A DNA stretch of 64,000 nt from an uncultured SAR86 cluster bacterium. GTDB lineage: Bacteria > Pseudomonadota > Gammaproteobacteria > Magnimaribacterales > TMED112. Where the stretch lies: assembly GCA_902579195.1 (NCBI GenBank), contig CACHFV010000001.1:109213-173212 (forward strand). Direction: 5' to 3'. The notes beneath the pieces are model-generated. The model saw nothing but the letters and a program-made list of their open reading frames with translations, did not search any database and was not told the origin of the DNA. The position numbers and the translations under genes were made by a program. Each line of letters opens with the position of its first letter. Position 1 is the stretch's first letter. Of the stretch, positions 18,576 to 26,916 are shown piece after piece.

Positions 18576-20662
18576 TGAATAACATCATAAATTATCTATA
18601 TATTCTCGTTCTACTAGTGTCTTTAAGCATTTGTGCTGAAGAAGTTGAAGAAATAATTATCAAAGCAGACTGGCGCGAAGCACCTATTACAGACGGTGAT
18701 ACAAGTACCTTTGTGTTAAGTGGCAATGAAATCAAAGCACAACCAATAAAACATTTCGAGAACCTGTCGTATCTTGTCCCAAATTTAAATTTTGCTGCAA
18801 GTGATTCGAGAGCTAGGTATTTTCAAATTAGAGGCATAGGTGAAAGATCGGGTTATCTTGGCACACCTAACTCTTCTGTTGGCTTTTTAATTGATGATGT
18901 TGACTACTCAGGGCAAGGTGGTATCGCTACTTTGTTTGACGTCGATCAGGTTGAAGTCATTAGAGGTCCTCAGGCATCAAGAATTGGAGCCAATGCTCTT
19001 GCTGGACTAATTTATATTAAAACAAAAGAACCAACGGAAGAATTTGAAGCTAGTTCAGAAATAAACCTTGGATCTTATAACACTCAAAGTGCTGGCATAG
19101 CATTAAGTGGACCAGTGACAAAAAATAAAGACGTTAAATTCCGTTTTGTTGTTCGTCAGGATCAGTCCGATGGATTTCGTAAAAATTTGTTTTTAAATAA
19201 ATCAGACACATCTAGCAAAGATGAATTAACCCTTAGATTAAAAATTGATTTTAAACTATCAGAAACAAGCAACAGCAAACTACTTTTGAGTTCTGTCGAT
19301 ATGGATGATCCTGCAGATATATGGACTATAGACAATTCTCTCAATACATTGTCAGACAGACCAGGCATGGACTCACAAAAAACTGATACGCTCGGCTACA
19401 AGTACTTTAAAAAATTTGATCAGTTTGAATTGCAAAGCTTCACAAGCACCACTGATACATTTGTAGTATTTAGTTACGATGCAGATTGGGGAAATTCTGA
19501 ATCTCACGCTCCTTATACTTACGACTATTTTTCAGAAACCTTGCGAGATAGGCAATCATTTAATCAAGAGTTTAGGTTGGTTTCTAATTCAAATAATGTG
19601 CCCTTCAGTTGGGTATTGGGAACGACATTTCTATCGCTCGATGAAACAAATGATAGGCAAGATGATGGAATATATGGAGATCCCTCTGATCCATTTGGGC
19701 CGTATGAAAGCCTAACCATATCAAGCAGTGATTACAGTTCTAATAATTTATCTTTTTTTGGAAACATTGATTATGAGCTAGCTAAAGATTTAGTTATTTC
19801 ATTGGGTGTAAGAGCAGAAGAATGGAAAGCCAAATATTCAGATACTAATAATGAAAATTTTAATCTCTCCAATGATATGTTCGGAGGCAAGGTATCTGTG
19901 AGTTATTTGATGGAGAACATTGGAAATGCATATTTAAGTTACGCGAAGGGTTATAAACAAGGGGGATTTAACGTAGGTCTAGGACTATTAGGACAGGTAG
20001 ATCCAAATGAGCTTGAATATGACCCTGAATATTTAACAAATTATGAACTAGGCATTAATTCAAAGATCAGTGATTTTACAGATTTGAGCTTTAATATTTT
20101 TTATTCCCAGAGAGAGGATCAACAGGTATTGATTTCAACACAAGTTGACCCAAATGACCCCAACACTTTTGTTTATTTAACTCAAAATGCTGCAGAGGGC
20201 CTGAATTATGGGTTTGAAGGATCATTCGATACGCAATTAAATGACGCATTGTCTCTATTCCTAAATCTGGGGTATCTGGAGACCGAGATCAAAAATTGGG
20301 CTTCAAGGCCTGATATTGAGGGGAGAGAACAAGCACACGCACCAAAGTATAGTTTCTCTGCTGGAGCAGAATATTATTTCCAAGAAAATACTTCATTTGA
20401 AATTAACTTCATAGGGAAAAGTGGTTTCTACTATTCAGATTCACATAACAATAAATCTGACTCATACGTTTTAACTAATGCAGCTCTTCGTCATAGTGTT
20501 GATAACTGGGTGATTGATTTATGGGTGCAAAATCTATTCGATGAATATTACTCAACAAGAGGGTTCTTTTTTGGAAATGAAGCACCTGACTTTATAGATA
20601 CTCTTTATAGAAGGCACGGGGATCCAAGACACTTTGGGTTATCTGTAAGATATGATTTCTGA
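18575..20662 (+). CDS. TonB-dependent receptor, riboswitch-controlled (putative thiamine or thiamine-precursor receptor)
   Basis: Signal peptide, TonB box VEEIIIKAD, plug FQIRGIGERS...VEVIRGPQASRIGANALAGLIYI, and terminal HFGLSVRYDF. Confidence 0.9.
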   Translation: MNNIINYLYILVLLVSLSICAEEVEEIIIKADWREAPITDGDTSTFVLSGNEIKAQPIKHFENLSYLVPNLNFAASDSRARYFQIRGIGERSGYLGTPNSSVGFLIDDVDYSGQGGIATLFDVDQVEVIRGPQASRIGANALAGLIYIKTKEPTEEFEASSEINLGSYNTQSAGIALSGPVTKNKDVKFRFVVRQDQSDGFRKNLFLNKSDTSSKDELTLRLKIDFKLSETSNSKLLLSSVDMDDPADIWTIDNSLNTLSDRPGMDSQKTDTLGYKYFKKFDQFELQSFTSTTDTFVVFSYDADWGNSESHAPYTYDYFSETLRDRQSFNQEFRLVSNSNNVPFSWVLGTTFLSLDETNDRQDDGIYGDPSDPFGPYESLTISSSDYSSNNLSFFGNIDYELAKDLVISLGVRAEEWKAKYSDTNNENFNLSNDMFGGKVSVSYLMENIGNAYLSYAKGYKQGGFNVGLGLLGQVDPNELEYDPEYLTNYELGINSKISDFTDLSFNIFYSQREDQQVLISTQVDPNDPNTFVYLTQNAAEGLNYGFEGSFDTQLNDALSLFLNLGYLETEIKNWASRPDIEGREQAHAPKYSFSAGAEYYFQENTSFEINFIGKSGFYYSDSHNNKSDSYVLTNAALRHSVDNWVIDLWVQNLFDEYYSTRGFFFGNEAPDFIDTLYRRHGDPRHFGLSVRYDF

Positions 20663-21233
20663 TCTATTAAATTCAATATGGTTTGAAGTCTTTGCAGCAT
20701 TGTTGGCCATAACATATTTGGTTTTAGCAATGCAGCAAGATATTAGGTGTTGGATAGCATGGATCATAAGTTCAGTTATGTATTTCTTTGTCATGCTTAC
20801 AGCTGGACTGATAATGGAGGCTGCCCTGCAAATCTTTTATTTAATTATGGGGCTATATGGATGGAGTCAATGGAAGCGAAAAGCATCATCTCAAAGTTTA
20901 AATATCAAAACATGGACTTTGCGGCAACATTTTTCTGCACTGAGCCTGCTTTTTGTAGCTGTTGTTTGTTTTGGTTACCTTCTTACAGCAAATACAAATG
21001 CTGTATCACCATATATCGACTCATTTACAACATGGGGAGCCATCTTGGCTACCTATATGGTTGCAAAAAAAGTGCTTGAGAATTGGATCTATTGGTTTGT
21101 AGTTGATTTTGTATCAGTGTTCCTATTCTTAAGCAGAGAGCTTTATCCAACTGTTGTTTTGTTTGTTATATATTTAATAATTATTGTATTTGGCTACAAG
21201 GCTTGGCTGAAATCAATGAATACGCATGAGTAA
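20652..21233 (+). CDS. PnuC-family transporter (PnuT-like, putative thiamine permease)
   Basis: 193 aa with about 7 TM segments and the PnuC signature region QIFYLIMGLYGWSQWKR. It overlaps the TBDR gene by 11 nt. Confidence 0.8.
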   Translation: MISDLLNSIWFEVFAALLAITYLVLAMQQDIRCWIAWIISSVMYFFVMLTAGLIMEAALQIFYLIMGLYGWSQWKRKASSQSLNIKTWTLRQHFSALSLLFVAVVCFGYLLTANTNAVSPYIDSFTTWGAILATYMVAKKVLENWIYWFVVDFVSVFLFLSRELYPTVVLFVIYLIIIVFGYKAWLKSMNTHE

Positions 21234-22029
21234 TATTGAGAATTTTCTTAACACAGCTGAAAAAGATATTGCTTTGATAAAAACTATTCAGAAAACAAAA
21301 TTTTCAGAGGTTTATGAGTGCAGGTTGGATGGTAAGGATGCCATTCTTAAAATTAAGACAGACTATACCTTTGAAAACGACATTGGCATTGAAGAAATAA
21401 TTGTTAATCGACTTCACAAACTTAATTTAACACCGCGAATTTTACATGCTGATACACAAAAAAAAGTAGTGATATACGAAAAAGTGATTGGTTCTGATCT
21501 GAGCACAGTTCCTAAAGCAAATATTATCTCTAAATGCGCAAAGCAACTAAAGAAACTTCACAACTCAAATATTGTTTGTGACGATTGTAGTTCATTCAAG
21601 AGTAAAATTAAGAAATATGAGCATGCCATTGCTCAAAAAACGTCAAACTTATTCTATCGAAGTGCTTTCATGTTTATTTATAAGTTAGCAGCAAGGGATA
21701 AACATCAGGTGTTTTGTCATAATGATTTGAACTTATCCAACATAATGTATTCAGATGATATTTTTTTCATTGATTGGGATTATGCCGGTTTCAATCATCC
21801 TTATTTTGACCTCGCTCTACTTTTTAATGCTATGAATTTGACAAGCAATGAAGAATATAACTTTTTAAGCATCTATGCCGATCAGGAAAATAATATTGAT
21901 CACGATTTATTAAAAGAATATAAAAAAATGTCTTTGTACGTCGAATACTTATGGATTGTTGCAACATCTAGCCAAGAAAACCCCAAATACGCCACGCGTT
22001 TTGATGAGTTAACCACACTTCTTCGATAG
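21226..22029 (+). CDS. Choline/aminoglycoside-kinase-fold phosphotransferase, thiamine-kinase-like
   Basis: Brenner-type catalytic loop FCHNDLNLSNIM and metal-binding IDWDYAGFN. The size matches ThiK (about 270 aa). It overlaps the pnuC-like gene by 8 nt. Confidence 0.7.
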   Translation: MSNIENFLNTAEKDIALIKTIQKTKFSEVYECRLDGKDAILKIKTDYTFENDIGIEEIIVNRLHKLNLTPRILHADTQKKVVIYEKVIGSDLSTVPKANIISKCAKQLKKLHNSNIVCDDCSSFKSKIKKYEHAIAQKTSNLFYRSAFMFIYKLAARDKHQVFCHNDLNLSNIMYSDDIFFIDWDYAGFNHPYFDLALLFNAMNLTSNEEYNFLSIYADQENNIDHDLLKEYKKMSLYVEYLWIVATSSQENPKYATRFDELTTLLR

Positions 22030-22134
22030 GTTTTATATATTTACATATCCCTTGCTTTTTACATATTAAATATTTATATTTATCTAAATTTTTACAAAAA
22101 AATTTACAAATAGTACTAATTAACATAAAAAACT

Positions 22135-23169
22135 ATGAAAATTGCAATAAATGGCTTCGGCAGAATCGGTAGAAATATCGTTCGTTCTTACTTATCAAAA
22201 GATCAGATTTGGAAAAAATTCAATCAAATTGAGATTGTGGCAATAAATGATTTAGGTTCTCCAGAACACAATGCACATTTATTGAAATATGATTCAGTTC
22301 ATGGAAAGCTGGCAAACCAAGTATCATCAACAGATAAATCAATATCCATTGATGGTAATGAGATTGCTTGTTTCAGCGAAAGAGATCCTAGCAATCTTCC
22401 ATGGAAAGAGTTAGGTGTTGATTTAGTTTTTGAATGCACAGGTTTCTTTGCATCCAAAGACGGATCTCAGAAACATCTTGATGCTGGTGCTAAAAGAGTA
22501 TTAATCTCTGCTCCAGCAAAAGGTGTTGATAAAACAATTGTTTACGGCGTCAACCACACATCTTTAACTAAGGATGATCTCGTAATTTCAAATGCATCAT
22601 GCACAACTAACTGTTTAGCTCCTCTTGCTAAAGTCATTAACGAAAAGTTTGGTATTGCAGATGGTTTAGCTAATACAATACATGCCTATACCAATGATCA
22701 ATCTTTACTTGATGTTTATCATTCAGATTTGCTGAGAGCAAGAGCTGCAGGTGTTTCTATGATTCCAACTAAGACAGGTGCAGCAAGTGCAGTTGGTCTT
22801 GTCCTCCCAGAATTAAATGGGAAATTGGATGGCTTAGCTATCAGAGTACCAGTTTCAAATGTATCGCTTCTAGATTTTACCTTCACATCAGAAAAATCAT
22901 TTAGTATTGATGAGCTAAATGAAGCTTTAGAAGCAGCAGCCACTAATGGTCTAAGTGGTGTTTTAGATATCAATAGCATTCCATTAGTAAGTACAGATTT
23001 CGGTGGTGATCCACATTCATCTATTTATGATAAATCTCACACCCGTCAGGTAGGTAATTCAACAAAAATTCTAGCCTGGTATGACAATGAGTGGGGCTTT
23101 TCAAACAGAATGTTAGATGTGGCTTCATATTTAAACCAGAACGTCTCACTTAAATCATTAGCTGCTTAA
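22135..23169 (+). CDS. gap: Glyceraldehyde-3-phosphate dehydrogenase
   Basis: NGFGRIGR, the active site SNASCTTNCLAP, and WYDNEWGFSNR. Confidence 0.95.
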   Translation: MKIAINGFGRIGRNIVRSYLSKDQIWKKFNQIEIVAINDLGSPEHNAHLLKYDSVHGKLANQVSSTDKSISIDGNEIACFSERDPSNLPWKELGVDLVFECTGFFASKDGSQKHLDAGAKRVLISAPAKGVDKTIVYGVNHTSLTKDDLVISNASCTTNCLAPLAKVINEKFGIADGLANTIHAYTNDQSLLDVYHSDLLRARAAGVSMIPTKTGAASAVGLVLPELNGKLDGLAIRVPVSNVSLLDFTFTSEKSFSIDELNEALEAAATNGLSGVLDINSIPLVSTDFGGDPHSSIYDKSHTRQVGNSTKILAWYDNEWGFSNRMLDVASYLNQNVSLKSLAA

Positions 23170-23207
23170 GTTCTTGAAATAAAAATACTAATACTTAGAT
23201 ACTCTAG

Positions 23208-23705
23208 ATGAGATTCTTATTAGTATTTTTATTTTCTATGTTCACATATGCTCAAAACTCTGACGATAAAGCCTCTTGGTATGTCTACACTGACCAGGTG
23301 ATGGGTGGCAAATCAAAATTAAGTGCAAGTTTTACGGAAGGTGTTGTAAAGCTTGATGGTGAAGTCACAACAAAAAATAATGGCGGCTTTGTTAGGTTAG
23401 CGCACAGACCTGACGAAATAAATAAAAATGCCAAGGGCATCAAATTCAAAGCCAAAGGCAACAACGAAGCTTATGAAGTTCACGTAACATTAAAGGGCAT
23501 GAAAATGCCACCTTGGTCATATCTGAGCACATCATTTGATGTAAATGATCAGTGGAATGAATACCAAATTCTATTTTCTGACCTCAAGAAAAACGGCATG
23601 ATGGCTGCATCCATGAAGCCTAAAAACATCAGAGAAATAAGCATTGCAGGCTACGGCCGTGATTTCAATGTTGATCTAGAGCTTAAAGATATCGAGCTGT
23701 TCTAA
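23208..23705 (+). CDS. CIA30-domain family protein (secreted)
   Basis: Signal peptide. DQVMGGKS and NNGGFVRL are typical of the complex I intermediate-associated protein 30 domain. Confidence 0.6.
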   Translation: MRFLLVFLFSMFTYAQNSDDKASWYVYTDQVMGGKSKLSASFTEGVVKLDGEVTTKNNGGFVRLAHRPDEINKNAKGIKFKAKGNNEAYEVHVTLKGMKMPPWSYLSTSFDVNDQWNEYQILFSDLKKNGMMAASMKPKNIREISIAGYGRDFNVDLELKDIELF

Positions 23706-23768
23706 AACCAAGAAAATTTTTGAACCTTTTTCCATTTTTCCGTTCCTAAATAATAAGGGGGCTGAAAT

Positions 23769-23915
23769 ATGGATAAAAATGAAAGGATGCAAAGGTCAGA
23801 GAGAGCACGTAATAGAAGGCACGAAAACCAACGCATCGTTGAAGAAAGAACTTTAAACTTTTATCAAAAATTAAAAAGAGAAAAAATTAAAAAGAAAAAG
23901 ACAAATCCTCATTAA
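23769..23915 (+). CDS. Possible small, highly basic protein (48 aa), unknown function
   Basis: Below the ORF-track cutoff. ATG is preceded by taagggggctgaaat (SD-like). Translation is MDKNERMQRSERARNRRHENQRIVEERTLNFYQKLKREKIKKKKTNPH. It fills an otherwise unusual 229-bp gap. Confidence 0.35.
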   Translation: MDKNERMQRSERARNRRHENQRIVEERTLNFYQKLKREKIKKKKTNPH

Positions 23916-23934
23916 ATGAGTAGTATCTTTTTAT

Positions 23935-24204
23935 ATGAAAAATCTCAGTAGACTTGTTTTTCTATTAAGTCTTTCCTTTTTTGGTCTAACCACGCTTGAT
24001 CAATCATCTCATGTTCTTGAAGATCATGGCAAAAGTGAGAATATTGAGCACGTTGCATGTGTTCTAGAAAACCCAGAGCCACAAACACTCGAAGTAGCTG
24101 TAAATAATTTTATTTCGTTTGATATTGAAGCTGGTCTATCAGTTTTTTTATACCCTTCTAAAGTTTATAGTTTTAACTCAAGAGCACCTCCAAGAGAATC
24201 TTAA
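23935..24204 (+). CDS. Small secreted protein, unknown function (His/Glu patch after the signal peptide)
   Basis: Signal peptide MKNLSRLVFLLSLSFFGL, then SSHVLEDHGKSENIEHVAC. It lies 39 nt upstream of the His-rich TBDR gene on the same strand. Confidence 0.5.
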   Translation: MKNLSRLVFLLSLSFFGLTTLDQSSHVLEDHGKSENIEHVACVLENPEPQTLEVAVNNFISFDIEAGLSVFLYPSKVYSFNSRAPPRES

Positions 24205-24243
24205 TCCCAATATTTTAGATTAAGTTTTTTTTAAGGAGGTAAA

Positions 24244-26364
24244 ATGAAAAAACATCAAATTTTAATTTTAATACTAAGCATTTCGAGCTTTTCACATGCT
24301 CAAGATGTTGAAGAAGTTGTAACTTCTGCTCTTGCAGACCCGTCGCAAATTGAAAATCCACTCCATTTGGTTAAAAGTGTTGATTTGGAGGCTGAGCCGA
24401 CCACTAGTTTAGGCGAAGCTTTAGATAATTTAGCAGGGGTAGGTTCTGCTGACTATGGTGCTGCTATTGGCCAGCCAATTATTAGAGGCCTATCTGGCGC
24501 ACGGATAAAAGTACTAAATAATGGGTTAGTTGTTAGAGATGTTGCAGGCATTGGTGCTGATCATCCTAATGACATAGATCTTAGCAATGCTTTACAGGTC
24601 GAAGTAGTTAGAGGTCCATCTTCATTGCTTTATGCAAATGGAACCATTGGTGGAATTATAAATGTTGTCGACAATTCAATTGCAAAAAGCGATTTTGATG
24701 GCTTTTCTGGAAGTCTTGGTTATGAAATGCAGGAAGTCAATGATGGCAGTGTTTCAACCTATAACTTCCAGCATAATGTTGCCGGTCTTAACTTTTATCT
24801 AAGTGGGTTAGATTCCGATTTTGAAAATTACGTAACTCCAAGAGGTTCTGTTATTGAAGATGGAATGAAAGCTGATGAAAGCATCGTAATGAATTCTGAT
24901 TCAGCCGCTGAGACAGGTAAATTTGGAGTTTCTAAGACAGGAGATTGGGGCTACATAGGCATGTCACTATCATCTGCGGAAAGAGTTCATGGTATCCCTT
25001 TTCATGGTGAAGAGGATGATGAACACGAAGGTGAAGAGCATGATGAGCATGAAGGCGAAAGAATATTTGCCATGACTGAATCTGATATCTTCACTTTGCA
25101 GGGTTCATTGAACTTAGGTAATGGTTTAGTAAACAAAGTTGATTACTTCTTAACAACTTCAGAATATTCATTGATGGAACAGCATGCCGAAGAGCAAGGT
25201 GAAGAGCATGAAGGCGAAGATCATGATGAGCATGAAGGCCATAGTGAAGAGCCAGCATTATTCACAAATGATGCGACAGAATTTGGAATGATTTTTGATC
25301 TATCGAATGATAAGCGTACTCAAAAAATATCCATGAATTTTGCTGAAGAAGAAATGGTAATAGCTGGCGAGGAAGCATTTATGCAACCAACAATGAGTGA
25401 AGAGTTTACTATTGGTTATTTTATGAGCCAAGATATTGGTACTGCTCACCTTGATTTTGGAATCAGGTTTGATGACATTACAAGAGATGGTTCAGTCGCT
25501 GAAATGCACCATGAAGATGAGGATCATGATGAGGATCATGAAGGTGAAGAAGAAGTGGAGGATTATAGCTTTAACTATTCAACCACAAATTACTCCCTTC
25601 AACTGACCCAAAGTTTAACTGATAAATTATCTTTCGTTTTAAGTGGCACAAGTGCAGATAGAGCTCCTGGAGCACAAGAATTATTCATGAATGGCCCACA
25701 TTTAGCTACAAGACGTTTTGAAGTTGGAAATGTAAATCTTAATCCTGAAAAGTCTAATAACCTTGATATGTCATTGAATTATAGCGATGGAGGTATTTTT
25801 GCTAAATACACTGTTTATGTAAATAACGTGAATGACTTTATCTACTTGTTGGATGAGTCAGATGAAGATCATGAAGAGCATGAAGAAGAGCATAGTGGGC
25901 TTACATTAGCAGAGTATCTGCAAAATGATGCAAAGTTCACAGGTTATGAATTTGAATTGGGTAATAGCTATCAATTAGAAAATGGCACACTTACTGCAAC
26001 TGTTGGCTTAGATGCTGTTGAAGGTAAGCTTAAAGATTCACAAATGTTTGTGCCTCGTATGATGCCTAAGAGAAGATTCATGAATCTTGATTATGTTTCT
26101 GGTGATTACTCTGCTGGAGTTTCTTATAAAGAAGTTCAACCACAAGATAATGTAGCAGAAGGTGAAACTGGAACTGATGGGTATAGAATGCTGGATCTTG
26201 ATGCCTCTAAATCTTATGACTTAGGCGATGGCGTAACATTCAGATCGTCCGTATTCATTAAAAACCTTCTTGATGAAACAGCTAGAAACCATACTTCATT
26301 TGTAAAAAATGAGGTTCCACTAGCTGGCAGAAATGTTGGTTTCAAATTTAGAATTACTTTCTAA
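24244..26364 (+). CDS. TonB-dependent receptor with four His/Glu/Asp-rich insertions (ZnuD-like, putative metal receptor)
   Basis: Strong SD aaggaggt, signal peptide, TonB box VEEVVTSAL, plug IIRGLSGARIKVLNNG...VEVVRGPSSLLYANGTIGGIINV, and terminal FKFRITF. The inserts are HGEEDDEHEGEEHDEHEGE, HAEEQGEEHEGEDHDEHEGHSEE, HHEDEDHDEDHEGEEEVED and DESDEDHEEHEEEHSG. Confidence 0.9.
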   Translation: MKKHQILILILSISSFSHAQDVEEVVTSALADPSQIENPLHLVKSVDLEAEPTTSLGEALDNLAGVGSADYGAAIGQPIIRGLSGARIKVLNNGLVVRDVAGIGADHPNDIDLSNALQVEVVRGPSSLLYANGTIGGIINVVDNSIAKSDFDGFSGSLGYEMQEVNDGSVSTYNFQHNVAGLNFYLSGLDSDFENYVTPRGSVIEDGMKADESIVMNSDSAAETGKFGVSKTGDWGYIGMSLSSAERVHGIPFHGEEDDEHEGEEHDEHEGERIFAMTESDIFTLQGSLNLGNGLVNKVDYFLTTSEYSLMEQHAEEQGEEHEGEDHDEHEGHSEEPALFTNDATEFGMIFDLSNDKRTQKISMNFAEEEMVIAGEEAFMQPTMSEEFTIGYFMSQDIGTAHLDFGIRFDDITRDGSVAEMHHEDEDHDEDHEGEEEVEDYSFNYSTTNYSLQLTQSLTDKLSFVLSGTSADRAPGAQELFMNGPHLATRRFEVGNVNLNPEKSNNLDMSLNYSDGGIFAKYTVYVNNVNDFIYLLDESDEDHEEHEEEHSGLTLAEYLQNDAKFTGYEFELGNSYQLENGTLTATVGLDAVEGKLKDSQMFVPRMMPKRRFMNLDYVSGDYSAGVSYKEVQPQDNVAEGETGTDGYRMLDLDASKSYDLGDGVTFRSSVFIKNLLDETARNHTSFVKNEVPLAGRNVGFKFRITF

Positions 26365-26464
26365 TTCTTAGTCGATCTAACTAGGGTCTTTGCACCTCGC
26401 TGGCCCTAGTTAGGTGTTTACAAGTGCATAAAGATAAAGCAAAATTCAAGCTTAAACTTTTCAT

Positions 26465-26881
26465 ATGTATAACGATCAATATAAGTCTGACAGAATAGCA
26501 GCCTCAATGTCGCTGATTTGTGTGTTGCATTGCTTGTTTGTGCCTTCTTTCTTTATTGCAGTTTCAAGCACTTCTGCTTTAACTATCGATAATGACATCA
26601 TTCATTACTTACTATTAATTGTTACTCTTCCTGTGAGCTTATATGCCCTGCACCTTGGGTTAAAAAATCATAAGAAAAAAGGAGTTTTCGCCCTTGGCAT
26701 TACTGGGCTAGTGCTCTTTGTTTTGGCTGTGTTATTTGGCGAGGTTTACGCCGGTGAAACAGGAGAGCAAGTTGTCACAGTAATAGCCTCTTTGATAGTG
26801 ATTTATGCTCACTATCAAAACTTCCAAATTTGTCGAAAGCTTGAGTGCTCATCATGCCATAGTTCTGTTGCAGAAAAGTAG
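26465..26881 (+). CDS. MerC-domain-like small membrane protein with a Cys/His-rich tail
   Basis: 4 predicted TM segments. The TM1 motif SLICVLHCLFVPS resembles MerC-domain proteins. The C-terminal tail is CRKLECSSCHSS. Confidence 0.6.
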   Translation: MYNDQYKSDRIAASMSLICVLHCLFVPSFFIAVSSTSALTIDNDIIHYLLLIVTLPVSLYALHLGLKNHKKKGVFALGITGLVLFVLAVLFGEVYAGETGEQVVTVIASLIVIYAHYQNFQICRKLECSSCHSSVAEK

Positions 26882-26916
26882 CAGTTAATAAAACAAATTA
26901 ATTTATAATATATATA

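Noticed and set aside
20747-21079. 110-aa Cys-rich ORF in an alternative frame of the pnuC-like gene
   Set aside because: It is on the same strand but off-frame. The PnuC-family frame shows the expected TM pattern and the GWSQW motif, while the alternative has no signal or motifs.
25003-25898. Repetitive gaa/gag/cat/gat tracts, considered as a CRISPR-like or noncoding tandem repeat
   Set aside because: All four tracts are in frame within a continuous TBDR ORF, have irregular spacing and are not flanked by unique spacers. They are coding low-complexity inserts, not an array.
26377-26413. 10-bp inverted repeat ctaactaggg / ccctagttag after the His-rich TBDR gene, considered as a terminator
   Set aside because: The loop is 17 nt and no T tract follows (gtgtttac), so it is not a convincing intrinsic terminator. 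It might still pause transcription or act as a processing site, but I cannot support a call. If it does not terminate, the MerC-like gene is co-transcribed, which fits the system hypothesis.
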